A stretch of 64,000 nucleotides of DNA from Eledone cirrhosa (GCA_964016885.1 OZ024747.1:10540001-10604000); one strand, 5' to 3'. Shown: positions 14,011 to 28,278, numbered from the stretch's first letter. Numbers and translations: made by a program. Notes: generated by a model not told the origin, from the sequence alone.

Positions 14011-14598
14011 AGCAGGCAAAGAGAATTAAGTCTCGACGAGTAATCGACGATGAGATTCCAGCACAGAGAGGTGGAACAAACATAGCAAGGTAGTAATTGG
14101 TCTTGCACTCATATGGAATACAACAATGTGATGGCCCCAAAGTGTTTGACACCTTCCACAGTCATATCTATTTCTGTGTAGTTGTTGTTTAACTTAATGT
14201 CAACCCCGACCAAGCAGACTTATGATCAAAAGGCCTAGAACTGCAGGAAATATAGGCAGAGGGAAGACATTGATAAGGAATTTGAGGGCATTGAAATGAA
14301 GTAGGCCTGGGTACATGTGGCACAATATCAACCAACCTCAAAGAACTGAGACAGAACAAAACAGAGGAACTCAAGGTTTCTTGTGTTAAACAGTGACTTC
14401 ATACCAATCAGTCACATGACCTTTTGGGAAGAGGGATAGAATCTAAGATGTCTGTGAAGCCCCATCCCAAATATGTTGGGTAGGGAGCAAGGTGACATTA
14501 TTCCATTGTGAGTGTTAGTGTACAACTAATTAAACAGACTTATGACCAGCCCATCTTTTTAGGGGGGATTTGAGATTACATTATTCTATATGTCCTTT

Positions 14599-14782
14599 GG
14601 CGGTGAATTGGCAGTATCGGTAGAGGGTTGGACGCCATGCTTTCTAGCATAGTTACGTCCCTTTACGGTTTGAGTTCAAATCCCGCTGAGGTTAACTTTG
14701 CCTTTCATCCTTACGGGGTCGATAAAATAAAGTACCAGTAATGTACTGAGTAATTGCTGGCCTTGTGCCTAAAGTAGAAACA
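14599..14782 (+). mobile_element. Full-length tRNA-derived SINE with ~19-bp target-site duplication
   Basis: A box tggcagtatcgg, B box gagttcaaatcc, central gcctttcatccttacggggtcgataaaataaagtacc (Meta/Sauria-like domain); TSD attattctatatgtccttt on both sides. Confidence 0.9.
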
Positions 14783-14943
14783 ATTATTCTATATGTCCTT
14801 TCCTTTTCTCTAGACAGTGTTTGAGGGTGATTTAGCAACTATTTTTAGGTCAATCAATCATTTGGAAGTTCCACACTTTCTTCTCTCAAATCTTCGTTTG
14901 ATAATTAGCTGGAAAAGAATCAAAGATAGATTGATTCAGAACT

Positions 14944-15534
14944 TTAACCCTTTCATTACCAGATTTCTATTGAAAGACACTGTCTATGTCATTAACCCTT
15001 TCATTACCATATTTCTAATGAAAGACACTGTCTATGTCATTAACCCTTACATTACCATATTTCTAATGAAAGACACTGTTTATGCCATTAACCCTTTCAT
15101 TACCATATTTCTATTGAAAGACACTGTCTATGTCATTAACCCTTTCATTACCATATTTCTAATGAAAGACACTGTCTATGTCATTTACCCTTTCATTACC
15201 ATATTTCTAATGAAAGACACTATACCTATGTCATTAACCCTTTCATTACTATATTTCTAATGAAAGACACTGTCTATGTCATTTAACCTTTCATTACCAT
15301 ATTTCTAATGAAAGACACTGTCTATGTCATTTACCCTTTCATTACCATATTTCTAATGAAAGACACTGTCTATGCCATTAACCCTTCCATTACCATATTT
15401 CTAATAAAAGACACTATACCTATGTCATTAACCCTTTCATTACCATATTTCTAATGAAAGACACTACCTATGTCTTTAACTCTTTCATTACCATATTTCT
15501 AATGAAAGACAGTGTCTATGTCTTTAACCCTTTC
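14944..15534 (+). repeat. 48-bp minisatellite, about 12 copies, derived from a TTAA-MITE terminus
   Basis: Unit ttaaccctttcattaccatatttctaatgaaagacactgtctatgtca. Confidence 0.9.
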
Positions 15535-16189
15535 AGAGGTTGTTTAGTTACATAGATAATGTCCAGTAAAGAATTAACATTTCTTTAGATCCCTTCACTC
15601 TATTTTCAAAGCCACATAGGTAATGCTATGTCCAGTAATGAAATAACTTCACTCTATTTTCAAAGATACAGTGGGTAACACTATGTCCTGTATTGAAGAA
15701 ATGTTTATAGAAATAAGAGGGCAATATTGTAATGTCAGTAATTATTTCCAGGATTAACTCCATTAAACTCACACCATATACTTTATCTAAATATAAGTTG
15801 TTTATCAATCAACACCTCCATATGTCCTTTACAGACCACCAGCATTGCTAAACCATATGCCAAACAATTCCAAACATATGTGTTGTCCAGAAAAATCAGA
15901 TACAATTTTTATCACCTCCATGTGGATATTATATAAAAGATGTTACTGAGCTGTATTACAGACCACATGGTTTCTAGAGTCAGATCTTGTAAGTAATTAT
16001 ATTGTGACACTGAACAAAGCATACACACACAAACACACATACATGCATATACACAAGCATACATACATACATAACGCACAAACACACATACATGCATATG
16101 TCCGTCTAACCCATGCTGGCGTGGAAGATAGACGTTAAACGATGATGATGATGATACACAAACATACATACATGCACAAGCACACATAC

Positions 16190-16316
16190 ATAGTGAGTCT
16201 TGTTACTCTGGAGTTTCACCTGTTTATTACAGGGTCATCCTTGTCTGATGACCCTGTAATAAACATCTGAACTCCAGAGTAACAAGACTCACTATTTAGT
16301 CTCAATAAAATGAATA
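16190..16316 (+). mobile_element. Fold-back element family C with hammerhead motif at 16240-16286
   Basis: cttgt-CTGATGA-ccctgtaataaacatct-GAA-ctccagag-TA-acaag (stem I cttgt/acaag). The inverted arm 16190-16239 keeps an intact GAAACTCCAGAGTA and stem II cctgt/acagg. Confidence 0.7.
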
Positions 16317-16332
16317 CATATGTATATATACA

Positions 16333-16410
<78 letters not shown>

Positions 16411-16792
16411 CGTGCGTGTGTGTGTGTGTGCGTGTGTGTGTAATTCTGGTTGTTCCAGTTTATTTGACACAAAAAGACAAAAGTTGAAACATGTTCCACT
16501 GCCAACTTTACAGTTGAATGGTTGGTAGGAAGATCCAGCTGTAAAAACAATTGTTCCAACACCATTGCTACATGCTAGGATATAATATTGGTGTAACAGA
16601 TAGAGAGAGTCACGCACAGACAGACACACACACACACACACACACACATAGGTATGTGCACGCACACACACATTATTTAGATGTTCATCTGAATAATGAT
16701 TGTTGGTTGATTCAGTGATCTTCTCTGGCAATGATAGTGTACAAATACACTCACATTAACACTCTCACACACTCATACATACACCTCACTCT

Positions 16793-16851
<59 letters not shown>

Positions 16852-17024
16852 ATAGGTGCATGATTGTGTGTTTAACCCTTTCAGTTGCCATTATCCTAAT
16901 GAAAGATACTCTATGATTTTTTAAATTAATTTTTCATTTTAAAATGCCAGGTCAGGTGACTATGCCTTGCTCACACAGAACTGACTTTGGCTTGGTTTTT
17001 ACAGTTGGATGCCCTTCCTAACAC

Positions 17025-18303
17025 CAACCACATACAGTGTGCGCTGGGTGCTTTTTGTTGTGACACCTACACAACCACATTTACATGTGTACTGGGTGCT
17101 TTTTGTGACACCAACACGACCACTTTACAGTGTGTACTGGGTGTTTTTTGTTGTGATACCAACACGACCACTTTACAGTGTGTACTGGGTGTTTTTTGTT
17201 GTGATACCAACACGACCACTTTACAGTGTGTACTGGGTGTTTTTTGTTGTGATACCAACACGACCACTTTACAGTGTGTACTGGGTGTTTTTTGTTGTGA
17301 TACCAACACGGCCACTTTACAGTGTGTACTGGGTGTTTTTTGTTGTGATACCAACACAACCACTTTACAGTGTGTACTGGGTGTTTTTTGTTGTGATACC
17401 AACACAACCACTTTACAGTGTGTACTGGGTGTTTTTTGTTGTGATACCAACACAACCACTTTACAGTGTGTACTGGGTGTTTTTTGTTGTGATACCAACA
17501 CAACCACTTTACAGTGTGTACTGGGTGTTTTTTGTTGTGATACCAACACAACCACTTTACAGTGTGTACTGGGTGTTTTTTGTTGTGATACCAACACAAC
17601 CACTTTACAGTGTGTACTGGGTGTTTTTTGTTGTGATACCAACACAACCACTTTACAGTGTGTACTGGGTGTTTTTTATTGATACCAACACGACCACTTT
17701 ACAGTGTGTACTGGGTGTTTTTTGTTGTGATACCAACACAACCACTTTACAGTGTGTACTGGGTGTTTTTTGTTGTGATACCAACACGACCACTTTACAG
17801 TGTGTACTGGGTGTTTTTTGTTGTGATACCAACACAACCACTTTACAGTGTGTACTGGGTGTTTTTTATTGATACCAACACGACCACTTTACAGTGTGTA
17901 CTGGGTGTTTTTTATTGATACCAACACGACCACTTTACAGTGTGTACTGGGTGTTTTTTGTTGTGATACCAACACGACCACTTTACAGTGTGTACTGGGT
18001 GTTTTTTGTTGTGATACCAACACAACCACTTTACAGTGTGTACTGGGTGTTTTTTGTTGTGATACCAACACAACCACTTTACAGTGTGTACTGGGTGTTT
18101 TTTGTTGTGATACCAACACGACCACTTTACAGTGTGTACTGGGTGTTTTTTATTGTGATACCAACACGACCACTTTACAGTGTGTACTGGGTGTTTTTTA
18201 TTGTGATACCAACACGACCACTTTACAGTGTGTACTGGGTGTTTTTTGTTGTGATACCAACACGACCACTTTACAGTGTGTACTGGGTGCTTTTTATTGT
18301 GAC
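17025..18303 (+). repeat. 48-bp minisatellite, about 27 copies, expanded from inside an RTE-tail SINE
   Basis: Unit ccactttacagtgtgtactgggtgttttttgttgtgataccaacac(a/g)a, directly following the SINE segment ggatgcccttcctaacaccaac. Confidence 0.95.
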
Positions 18304-18540
18304 ATATAAATTAAGACTATTTAAAACCAACATGACTGGACCAAAGAACCAGCACCAGATTCAGTTAGTTTGGTATCAAAAAAGGTTAAAGAGCTCATTT
18401 TGAAATTACCTGGCACCAGGTTCCATCCTACTGTTTGGTATCTTCGACTGACCAAATGTGTTGATAGCCATTACCACCACCACCTCAGGTTCCATCCTAC
18501 TGTGTGGTATCTTGGGCTGGCCAAAGCTTTGTGATAGCCT

Positions 18541-19868
18541 CAGATCACATCCCACAGTCAGGGATGGTCAGAAGTGGAGTGTCTACCCAGATCACATCCC
18601 ACTGTCAGGGATGGTCAGAAGTGGAGTGTCTACCCAGATCACATCCCACTGTCAGGGATGGTCAGAAGTGGAGTGTCTACCCAGATCACATCCCACTGTC
18701 AGGGATGGTCAGAAGTGGAGTGTCTACCTAGATCACATCCCAATGTCAGGGATGGTCAGAAGTGGAGTGTCTACCCAGATCACATCCCACTGTCAGGGAT
18801 GGTCAGAAGTGGAGTGTCTACCTAGAACACATCCCACTGTCAGGGATGGTCAGAAATGGAGTGTCTACCTAGAACACATCCCACTGTCAGGGATGGTCAG
18901 AAGTGGAGTGTCTACCTAGATCACATCCCACTGTCAGGGATGGTCAGAAGTGGAGTGTCTACCCAGATCACATCCCACTGTCAGGGATGGTCAGAAGTGG
19001 AGTGTCTACCCAGATCACATCCCACTGTCAGGGATGGTCAGAAGTGGAGTGTCTACCCAGATCACATCCCACTGTCAGGGATGGTCAGAAGTGGAGTGTC
19101 TACCTAGAACACATCCCACTGTCAGGGATGGTCAGAAATGGAGTGTCTACCTAGAACACATCCCACTGTCAGGGATGGTCAGAAGTGGAGTGTCTACCTA
19201 GATCACATCCCACTGTCAGGGATGGTCAGAAGTGGAGTGTCTACCCAGATCACATCCCACTGTCAGGGATGGTCAGAAGTGGAGTGTCTACCCAGATCAC
19301 ATCCCACTGTCAGGGATGGTCAGAAGTGGAGTGTCTACCTAGATCACATCCCAATGTCAGGGATGGTCAGAAGTGGAGTGTCTACCTAGATCACATCCCA
19401 CTGTCAGGGATGGTCAGAAGTGGAGTGTCTACCCAGAACACATCCCACTGTCAGGGATGGTCAGAAGTGGAGTGTCTACCCAGATCACATCCCACTGTCA
19501 GGGATGGTCAGAAGTGGAGTGTCTACCTAGATCACATCCCAATGTCAGGGATGGTCAGAAGTGGAGTGTCTACCCAGATCACATCCCACTGTCAGGGATG
19601 GTCAGAAGTGGAGTGTCTACCTAGATCACATCCCACTGTCAGGGATGGTCAGAAGTGGAGTGTCTACCTAGATCACATCCCACTGTCAGGGATGGTCAGA
19701 AGTGGAGTGTCTACCCAGATCACATCCCACTGTCAGGGATGGTCAGAAGTGGAGTGTCTACCTAGATCACATCCCACTGTCAGGGATGGTCAGAAGTGGA
19801 GTGTCTACCTAGAACACATCCCACTGTCAGGGATGGTCAGAAGTGGAGTGTCCACTCAGATCACATCT
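18541..19868 (+). repeat. 47-bp minisatellite, about 28 copies
   Basis: Unit cagatcacatcccactgtcagggatggtcagaagtggagtgtctacc. Confidence 0.95.
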
Positions 19869-20069
19869 CACTCTCTTAAAATAATGAAGGGATGGTCAGA
19901 AGTGGAATGTCCTTCAGTGACCACAACCGTGGTCATCCCATATATTTACATATCCAGAATTATATTGTCCATGTAAGGATATGATGTGAGAATTAGCTGC
20001 TATTTTTAGTGGAGCAGCCATAGAGGATCTCCTACGCAGGCAGGGCTGCAAGACCTGGCTAATGAGACT

Positions 20070-20327
20070 TACTCCTACTACTCCTACTACTACTCCTACT
20101 ACTACTACCACTATCACCACCACTATTACTACCACTACTACAACCACCACCGCCACTATTACTACTACTACCACCACCACTATTATCACTACTACTACCA
20201 ACACTACCACCACTACTACTACTACTACTACTACCAAAACACCACTATTACTACCACTACTACAACCACCACCGCCACTATTACTACTACTACCACCACC
20301 ACTATTATCACTACTACTACCAACACT

Positions 20328-20359
<32 letters not shown>

Positions 20360-20477
20360 CAAAAACACCACTATTACTACCACTATCACCACCACTATTA
20401 CTACCACTACTACAACCACCACCGCCACTATTACTACTACTACCACCACCACTATTATCACTACTACTACCAACACT

Positions 20478-20509
<32 letters not shown>

Positions 20510-21155
20510 CAAAAACACCACTATTACTACCACTATCACCACCACTATTACTACCACTACTACAACCACCACCACCACCACCACCACTATTATTACTACT
20601 ACCACCACCACCACCACCACTACTACTACTACTTCCAAAAACACCACTATTACTACTACTACTACTACCAAAAACACTACTACTACTACCACCACCACCA
20701 CTATTATTACTACTACCACCACCACTATTATTACTACTACTACCAACACTACCACCACTACTACTACTACTACTACTACCAAAAACACCACTATTACTAC
20801 CACTACTACAACCACCACCACCACCACCACTATTACTACTACTACCACCACCACTATTATCACTACTACTACTACTACTACCAAAAACACCACTATTACT
20901 ACCACTATCACCACCACTATTACTACTACTACCACCACCACCACTATTATTACTACTACCACCACCACTATTATTACTACTACTACCAACACTACCACCA
21001 CTACTACTACTACTACTACCAAAAACACCACTATTACTACCACTATCACCACCACTATTACTACCACTACTACAACCACTATTACTACTACCACCACCAC
21101 CACCACTATTATCACTACTACCACCACCACCACTACTACCACAACTACTACTACA
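20070..21155. repeat. Compound (CAC/TAC)n trinucleotide array
   Basis: Low-complexity cac/tac/tat triplets with internal block duplications. Confidence 0.95.
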
Positions 21156-21421
21156 AATTCTTCTTCACGTGGTAGTCAAAAGACATGTCAACAGACATGG
21201 TGAAAAACTGCTCCATCTAAATCATCTTATCGATCTAGTTAAGCTATCTGTCTGTTCATGCATGCATGCATGCATCTGTGCAGCCAACCATCTCGTTGTG
21301 CATTCATCTCTCCATTTAGCTAGCTAGATTGATACTTATATATATATGTAGCATTCCTGCATCCTTCCATCCAGTCAGCCTTCCATTTAGCTGGCTAGTT
21401 AGATTAATATATGTGTTTGTT

Positions 21422-21455
<34 letters not shown>

Positions 21456-21491
21456 ATGTATGTATAATATATATATATATGTATTTATGTA

Positions 21492-21547
<56 letters not shown>

Positions 21548-21567
21548 TATTGTATGTATAATATATA

Positions 21568-21918
21568 TCATCATCATCATCATCATCATCATCATTTTAC
21601 GTCCGCTTTTTCCCTGCTTGCAAGGGTGGGACGGGAACTGATTCTGGCTTGATCTCTACAGCTGGATGCCCTTCCTAACACCAACCTCATTTACAGTGAG
21701 TGCTGGGTGCTTTTTTGCCGTGGCACCTCCACGTCCACTTTGCAGTGGAATGATAGGGACCCCAGTCCCTATCATCTCATTTCTACAGCTGAGTGAACTG
21801 GAGCAATGTGAAATAAAGTGTCTTGCTCAAGGAAACAACACATCACCCGGTCTGAGAATTGAACTCACAACCTTTCGATTACAAGGCCAATGCTCTAACC
21901 ACTAAGCCATGTGCCTCC
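21568..21918 (-). mobile_element. Adjacent SINE fragments: RTE-tail type (21568-21730) and CORE-like tRNA SINE (21775-21918)
   Basis: (cat)n tail plus ggatgcccttcctaacacc; gaaataaagtgtcttgctcaagg CORE-like segment and tRNA-like head ctctaaccactaagccat. Confidence 0.7.
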
Positions 21919-22157
21919 ATATATATATATATATATGTATTTATGTATGTATATGTGTATATATATATATATATATAATGTATGTATAATATATATATAT
22001 ATTTATGTATGTATGTATGTGTGTGTATATATATAAATATATAATGTATGTATAATATATATATATATGTGTTTGTGTGTATATATATATATATAACATG
22101 TAAACCTCCATCTATCCATCTAACTATGTATTCATCCTTCCATTTAGCTGGCTAGTT

Positions 22158-22264
<107 letters not shown>

Positions 22265-22332
22265 GCATTCCTGCATTCATCCATCAATCCATTCTTCTAT
22301 TTAGATGGTTAATTAAATTGATATATATATAT

Positions 22333-22472
22333 TATAAAGAGTCGCGACCCAACAGCTGAGCTCTTGCCGATTCAACAGGTAGTTCCAGTGTGTATATATA
22401 TATATATATATATATATTATAAAGAGTCGCGACCCAACAGCTGAGCTCTTGCCGATTCAACAGGTAGTTCCA

Positions 22473-22551
<79 letters not shown>

Positions 22552-22606
22552 AGAGTCGCGACCCAACAGCTGAGCTCTTGCCGATTCAACAGGTAGTTCC
22601 AGTGTG
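22333..22606 (-). repeat. Three tandem ~60-bp units separated by variable (TA)n, related to the family A hammerhead half
   Basis: gacccaacagctgagctcttgccgattcaacagg aligns with family A gaccccgacagctgagctcaagccgtttcgacgg. Confidence 0.7.
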
Positions 22607-22716
22607 TATATATATATAATTGTTTCTACGTTTGGCACAAGGCTAACAATTATCCAGTACATTACTGGTATATATAATAAAGATGAAATAAAAGATGGTT
22701 ATAAGAGTTCCAAATA

Positions 22717-22782
22717 TTTTATTATACGTATTTCGAATACAAAATCATCCTGGGACAGATATTGTGTTCTCTTCAGATAAAA
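22717..22782 (-). ncRNA. Type I hammerhead ribozyme motif
   Basis: ttttat-CTGAAGA-gaacacaa...ttgtattc-GAAA-TACGTA-TA-ataaaa: perfect stem I, paired stem II, palindromic minimal stem III. Confidence 0.85.
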
Positions 22783-22879
22783 AATAAGGTACAATGATAT
22801 GAGGCATAATAGCACTTGTTTATAGGAAAGTGCTAAGTCTACATATGACAGAAATATGTGTTAATACTATAGTATTACC

Positions 22880-22915
<36 letters not shown>

Positions 22916-22947
22916 AGATCAAAAGATGGTTAAAGGAGTTCCATATA

Positions 22948-23014
22948 TTTTATTATGCGCATTTCAAAAACAAACATCATCAAGCAATAATATTTGTGTT
23001 TTCATCAGATAAAA
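22948..23014 (-). ncRNA. Type I hammerhead motif in the inverted arm of family B copy 1
   Basis: Reverse complement of 23166-23232. Confidence 0.8.
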
Positions 23015-23165
23015 CAGGAGAACATGATATGAAGGCTAAAAAAACACTTGTGGATAGTGCAGTTTTAAATCAACATATCAACATAGTTTTAAATAACAGT
23101 TTTATATCAACATAAAACTGCACTATCAACAAGTGTTTTTTTAGCCTTCATATCATGTTCTCCTG

Positions 23166-23232
23166 TTTTATCTGATGAAAACACAAATATTATTGCTTGA
23201 TGATGTTTGTTTTTGAAATGCGCATAATAAAA
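23166..23232 (+). ncRNA. Type I hammerhead ribozyme motif
   Basis: ttttat-CTGATGA-aaacacaaatatt...gatgtttgttttt-GAAA-TGCGCA-TA-ataaaa. Confidence 0.85.
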
Positions 23233-23355
23233 TATATGGAACTCCTTTAACCATCTTTTGATCTTATATTATGCATACTCCAGTCCCACAAACTGTAGAG
23301 TGCTTCTTATCCGATATCTGCATTGCTTTATTGTACTACAATAAAACTCACCTCC

Positions 23356-23394
<39 letters not shown>

Positions 23395-23568
23395 ACCCTT
23401 GCAAGCAGGGAAAAGCAGACGTAAAATGATCAACCTCATTTGCATACTCATCTTAATAATTTGAAATATCTGACTTTTCTTCTCTTATCCCTTCACTATC
23501 CAAGGAAAACTTGAACCGTTAAGGTATCTTTTCTTGGTTATGTCAATATTTATAAAACAAACTTTGTG

Positions 23569-23625
23569 TTTTATCTGATGAAAGTGTACCAAAGTTTTAG
23601 TGCCCTTGAAATATATATAATAGAA
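23569..23625 (+). ncRNA. Type I hammerhead ribozyme motif (family D)
   Basis: ttttat-CTGATGA-aagtgtac..gtgccctt-GAAA-TATATA-TA-atagaa (G-U pair in stem I); downstream tail shared with 32077 and 34205. Confidence 0.8.
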
Positions 23626-23979
23626 TAAATATGGTTTTATAAATATAGTTTCCATTTATTTAATATCATTGAATATTATACCCCAGAAATCAGTCGAGTG
23701 CTCTGAATCAGTTATAAACATTTATATTTGTTGAATTACCAACAAATTGAATATCCCTTTTGCTTATATATATGTGAAAAATATGGGGAGAAGAATACTG
23801 CATGGTTGCACATGGGTTGCATCTTATAAAATGAGTCCCTCATCAGTGATTTGCCAACGATCATTGGTATTTCATCGCATTAAAAATCATATACCTCACG
23901 TTGGTGCGATAATAACTAAAATAAGTTATTAGGACAATTGAAACGCGTAAAGCGAGTGAGACAAGTAAACAACACACAC

Positions 23980-24019
<40 letters not shown>

Positions 24020-25309
24020 AGAGAGAGAGAGAGAGAATATAAAATATATGCATACATGTGTATATATTCTAAATGTTTATATTGAGTGATAGAAAATAAT
24101 GATATTTATTAGAATGGAAATGTATGCCAGAGAGGGAAAGAGAGAGAGAGATGGAGAGGGGGGGGGGGTGTAGAGAGAGTTCTATGTAGGTCCCTCCTAC
24201 TCTCTGTGATAAATGTCTGGCTGTCTTCAGTTTAACATGCCAGTCACATGTTTGAACTAAATAAATCTCAGCAATGGCTAAACACGGATGTTTCACAGTG
24301 GCACAAGTCCCAGTATTGAGGAAAATCTATGTCGACCACTGTTTCACACAGAGGGCTCCATGGAACACCAGGTTTCCATGACAAACAAACAAAAAAATTT
24401 AAAAACTGAGACAGGAAATTCATTGTGTGTATGTTTGTGTATATAAATTTGAATGAGTTACACACATATATATAAATATATGTGTGTGTATGTGTGTGTG
24501 AGTATATATATTATATATAGTTACATTTTGCTGCATGATCCTATCATTGCATTGAACTACAATATACCTGGTAAATGAGTAAAATTTACTCCCATTTATA
24601 TTATTATATACACACACACAAATACACATGGTGTGTTATGGTTGATATTTATTTATATGAATAAATTATTTTTTTTACATTTAACACCTTAAAATTAAAG
24701 TTAGCAGGAATTTTCCATAAACTATCAGTAAGGCTTCTCCTATTTATGTCAAATTGTATAAGGAAGGGCTCTCTGCAACAAAATCTAGCTTTTGGAAGCT
24801 CAGGTATAGACTTCCCTTTATAATCAGTCAGATCTGCCCTTTTAAACCCCCCCCCCCCCCCCACTATGTTTATTACTTAACATCATTGTTTTACCTTCCT
24901 TTTGTAAAATATAGTTGACATGATTTGTTTTTATATATAATTGATTAGATATAATTGATTAAATAGATGATTAAATCAACCTCAGTACATGACTGGTACC
25001 AGAAGGATAAACAGCTAAGAGAATGAAATAGCAGAGGATATGAAATATATGACAAGGTATTCCACCTATCCATCTGTTCCCTCCTACTACACCTTTTAGC
25101 TCTGGTTAATATTATTCCTGGCATCCTCAATTTTACTACGACTATATATTATAACATGTGACTACTACGACTATATATTATAACATGTGACGTGTGTATG
25201 AGACTGCAACAGTGACAGCAACGATGGAAGATGATGTTGGAGGAGTTTATAACACAATACCTCAACAGAGTGACAAGTGAAGCAGAGAGGAGAGATAAAA
25301 GAGGAGATG

Positions 25310-26200
25310 GCAGCAGTGGTAATGGTGGAGATGGCGGCAGTGGTAATGGTGGTGATGGTGGCAGTGGTAATGGTGATGAGGGTGGTGACAGTGTGATGGT
25401 AGTGATGGTGGTAATGGTGGATGGCATTGGTAATGGTGGTGATGGCAGTGGTAATGGTGATGAGGGTGGTGACAGTGTGATGGTAGTGATGGTGGTAATG
25501 GTGGATGGCATTGGTAATGGTGGTGATGGCAGTGGTAATGGTGATGAGGGTGGTGACAGTGTGATGGTAGTGATGGTGGTAATGGTGGATGGCATTGGTA
25601 ATGGTGGTGATGGCAGTGGTAATGGTGATGAGGGTGGTGACAGTGTGATGGTAGTGATGGTGGTAATGGTGGAGATGGCATTGGTAATGGTGATGAGGGT
25701 GGTGACAGTGTGATGGTAGTGATGGTGGTGATAGCAGTGAGGTGATGGTAGTGATGGTGGTAATGGTGGTGATGGCAGTGGTAATGGTGATGAGGGTGGT
25801 GACAGTGTGATGGTAGTGATGGTGGTGATAGCAGTGAGGTGGTGGAGGTGATGGTAGTGATGGTGGTGATGGTGGAGGTGATGGTAGTGATGGTGGAGGT
25901 GATGGTGGAGGTGATGGAGGTGATGGTGGAGGTGATGGTAGTGATGGTGGAGGTGATGGTGGAGGTGATGGTAGTGATGGTGGAGGTGATGGTAGTGATA
26001 TCAGTGTGATGGTGATGATAGTGGTAGATATGTGATGAAAGGAGTGTGAAGGTGATGATGGTGGAGGTAATGATCGTGTAGGTGATGATGGTGGAGGTGG
26101 TGATGGTGGTGATACCAGTGTGGTGGTGGTGGTGGTGGTGATACCAGTGTGGTGGTGGTGGCAGATATGGTGATGGCGGTGATAGCAGTGATGGTGATGT
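25310..26200. repeat. Compound (GGT/GAT)n array with block duplications
   Basis: Low-complexity triplets. Confidence 0.9.
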
Positions 26201-26291
26201 CATTATTTTATGTCAACATTTATTTTGTGTATATTCTCTAGCTTGCTCTAGCAAAGTACATTCATCATGTGTGTACATCTTCCTCTTTCTC

Positions 26292-26358
<67 letters not shown>

Positions 26359-26390
26359 CATACATATATATATATTATTATTATTATTAA

Positions 26391-26580
26391 GGGCGGTGGA
26401 TTGGCAGTATCGGTAGAGGGTCAGACGCCATGCTTTGACGCAAAGAGTTACGACCCTTTCCATTCTGAGTTCAAATCCCGCCGAGGTTAACTTTGCCTTT
26501 CATCCTTACGGGGTCGATAAAATAAAGTACCAGTAATACACTGGGTAATTGCTGGCCTTGTGCCAAAAGTAGAAACAATT
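26391..26580 (+). mobile_element. Full-length tRNA-derived SINE
   Basis: Same family as 14599; A and B boxes present; (att)n tail. Confidence 0.9.
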
Positions 26581-28278
26581 ATTATTATTATAAGAAAATT
26601 TGGTTATTTCCCAAAAATTATTTGTGGATTAGAAATTGTTTGATGTATGGGATTGTATGATTTAGCTGAGGCTTGTTACTTGATAGGACTCTACACCATT
26701 GACTAACTCCAGAAAAGATTCCACTATGCAAAGTTTGATCTATGCATTAAAAAACAGTGGTTTTAAAGACAGAATACTTATATAGAAACTAGGAAGATTC
26801 TAAAAAATGCAAAAAATATATATTTGCTGTACTCTCTAAAATGGTTGCATATTGAAAAAATAAAATCATCTAGTTATTCATCAATACTAAAACTTCATTA
26901 ACAATAACCACCTTCATTGTTATTGTTTTACACACATGATACTGAAAACATGAAAATATCAAGTTTTTTTTAAATATAAATTAATAGATCAGGTTTTATG
27001 CATATGACAATTGAATACATGAATATATGATGCAGTTTCTAATGGTTTATTTCAGCAACCTATAAAATGTTGATGATTAATCATATTTCGATATATTTAG
27101 AAAATATATTGCTTCTATATTGTCAGGCTGCTCCACTTCATTTAAAGAATTGGCAATGTGAAACTCTAAGTTGTGAAATTCAACAAGCTTCAGCTTCAAA
27201 TAAAATATGCAAATGTCACTTTATGTATTAAATCTCCCTTCTTTTTTCTTTTCATTTGTAAATACAATGTTCGCAAGCAAATAAGGAAAAGCAATATATA
27301 TATAAACATTATAATTGTTTCTACTTTTGGCACAAGGCCAGCAATTGCCCAGTGCATTACTGGTACTTTATTTTATCGACCCCGTAAGGATGAAATACCT
27401 GTCATATATGTAGATTAATATCAATTTCTAACAATGCTTCATGTTTGGAGAGTGAGTGTAGTCATCATCATTGTTTAAGGTCCGCTTTCCCAGCTAACAA
27501 GGATTGGACAGATCTACATAGACTAACTCAGTACTTAAGAGGGGCTACTGATCTCCCAGATAGGTCAGAGTATCTGCATCTCATTTACATACTGTCATAT
27601 TCTATTAAGTGCACAGGAGAGATTGTCATGTCTTTGACACAACTGAAGGGTCCTCCCAACCCATTGTTTGGCAAGATCTATACAGCTAGAGGCCCTTTCT
27701 ATCACCAACCACTTTACAGAATGTACTAGGTCTGTTTATTGTGTGTATGTAAATGTTTGTAGACATATATATGTGTGTATGTGAGTGTGTAGAAATATAT
27801 ATGTGCATGTGAAAATGTGTATGTCAGTTCTTTGGTTTGTTTTACCTACCATAGCCAAGGCAATGTTGATATATGTGTATATATGAATAGAGTGCAATAG
27901 GACAACTCGTCTAACCCATACTAGCATAGAAAAATGTATGTTAAACGGTGATGATGATGTATTTGTCTTTATTTAAGACAGCCAGATGTGAATTGAGTGG
28001 TATTTGGCTGCTATTTGTGGCATGTCAAGCAGCTATGGAGAAGCTCCCTTGTTTTATAAAACGAACCAGAAGTTGTTGGCACCAGTTACACAGTCACATG
28101 GCAGAAATATGAACAAACTATTTAAAAAAATAAATTCTTGATTATTCCAAAACTATAGCCATTTAAAACAATGAGTAAATAGTTAAAGATGAATAAAAGT
28201 TTTTAAAATCTTGGCTAACAGATCACCAATTTAGGAATTAGGTGAGAGAAGTCAATCGCGGTAAAAATATAGTTAAAG

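Larger units (their letters stand above)
22911..23358 (+). mobile_element. Fold-back element family B, copy 1, in (TA)n
   Basis: ~155-bp inverted arms (22911-23067 and 23113-23268) plus a ~90-nt unpaired 3' tail ending cctcctac|(TA)n. Confidence 0.85.

Noticed and set aside
14599-14700. tRNA gene (A and B boxes)
   Set aside because: It is the head of a multi-copy SINE with TSD and tail; no cloverleaf is evident.
15835-15988. Possible plus-strand exon (tttacag ... gtaagt)
   Set aside because: All three frames contain stops and no recognisable protein results; it could at most be non-coding.
16987-19976. Cys-rich repeat ORFs
   Set aside because: Translations of 48-bp and 47-bp minisatellites; the 47-bp unit shifts frame with every copy.
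20062-21327. Mucin-like or Pro/Leu-rich ORFs (also 25149-26203 and 61823-63109)
   Set aside because: Trinucleotide arrays with no non-repetitive coding flanks.
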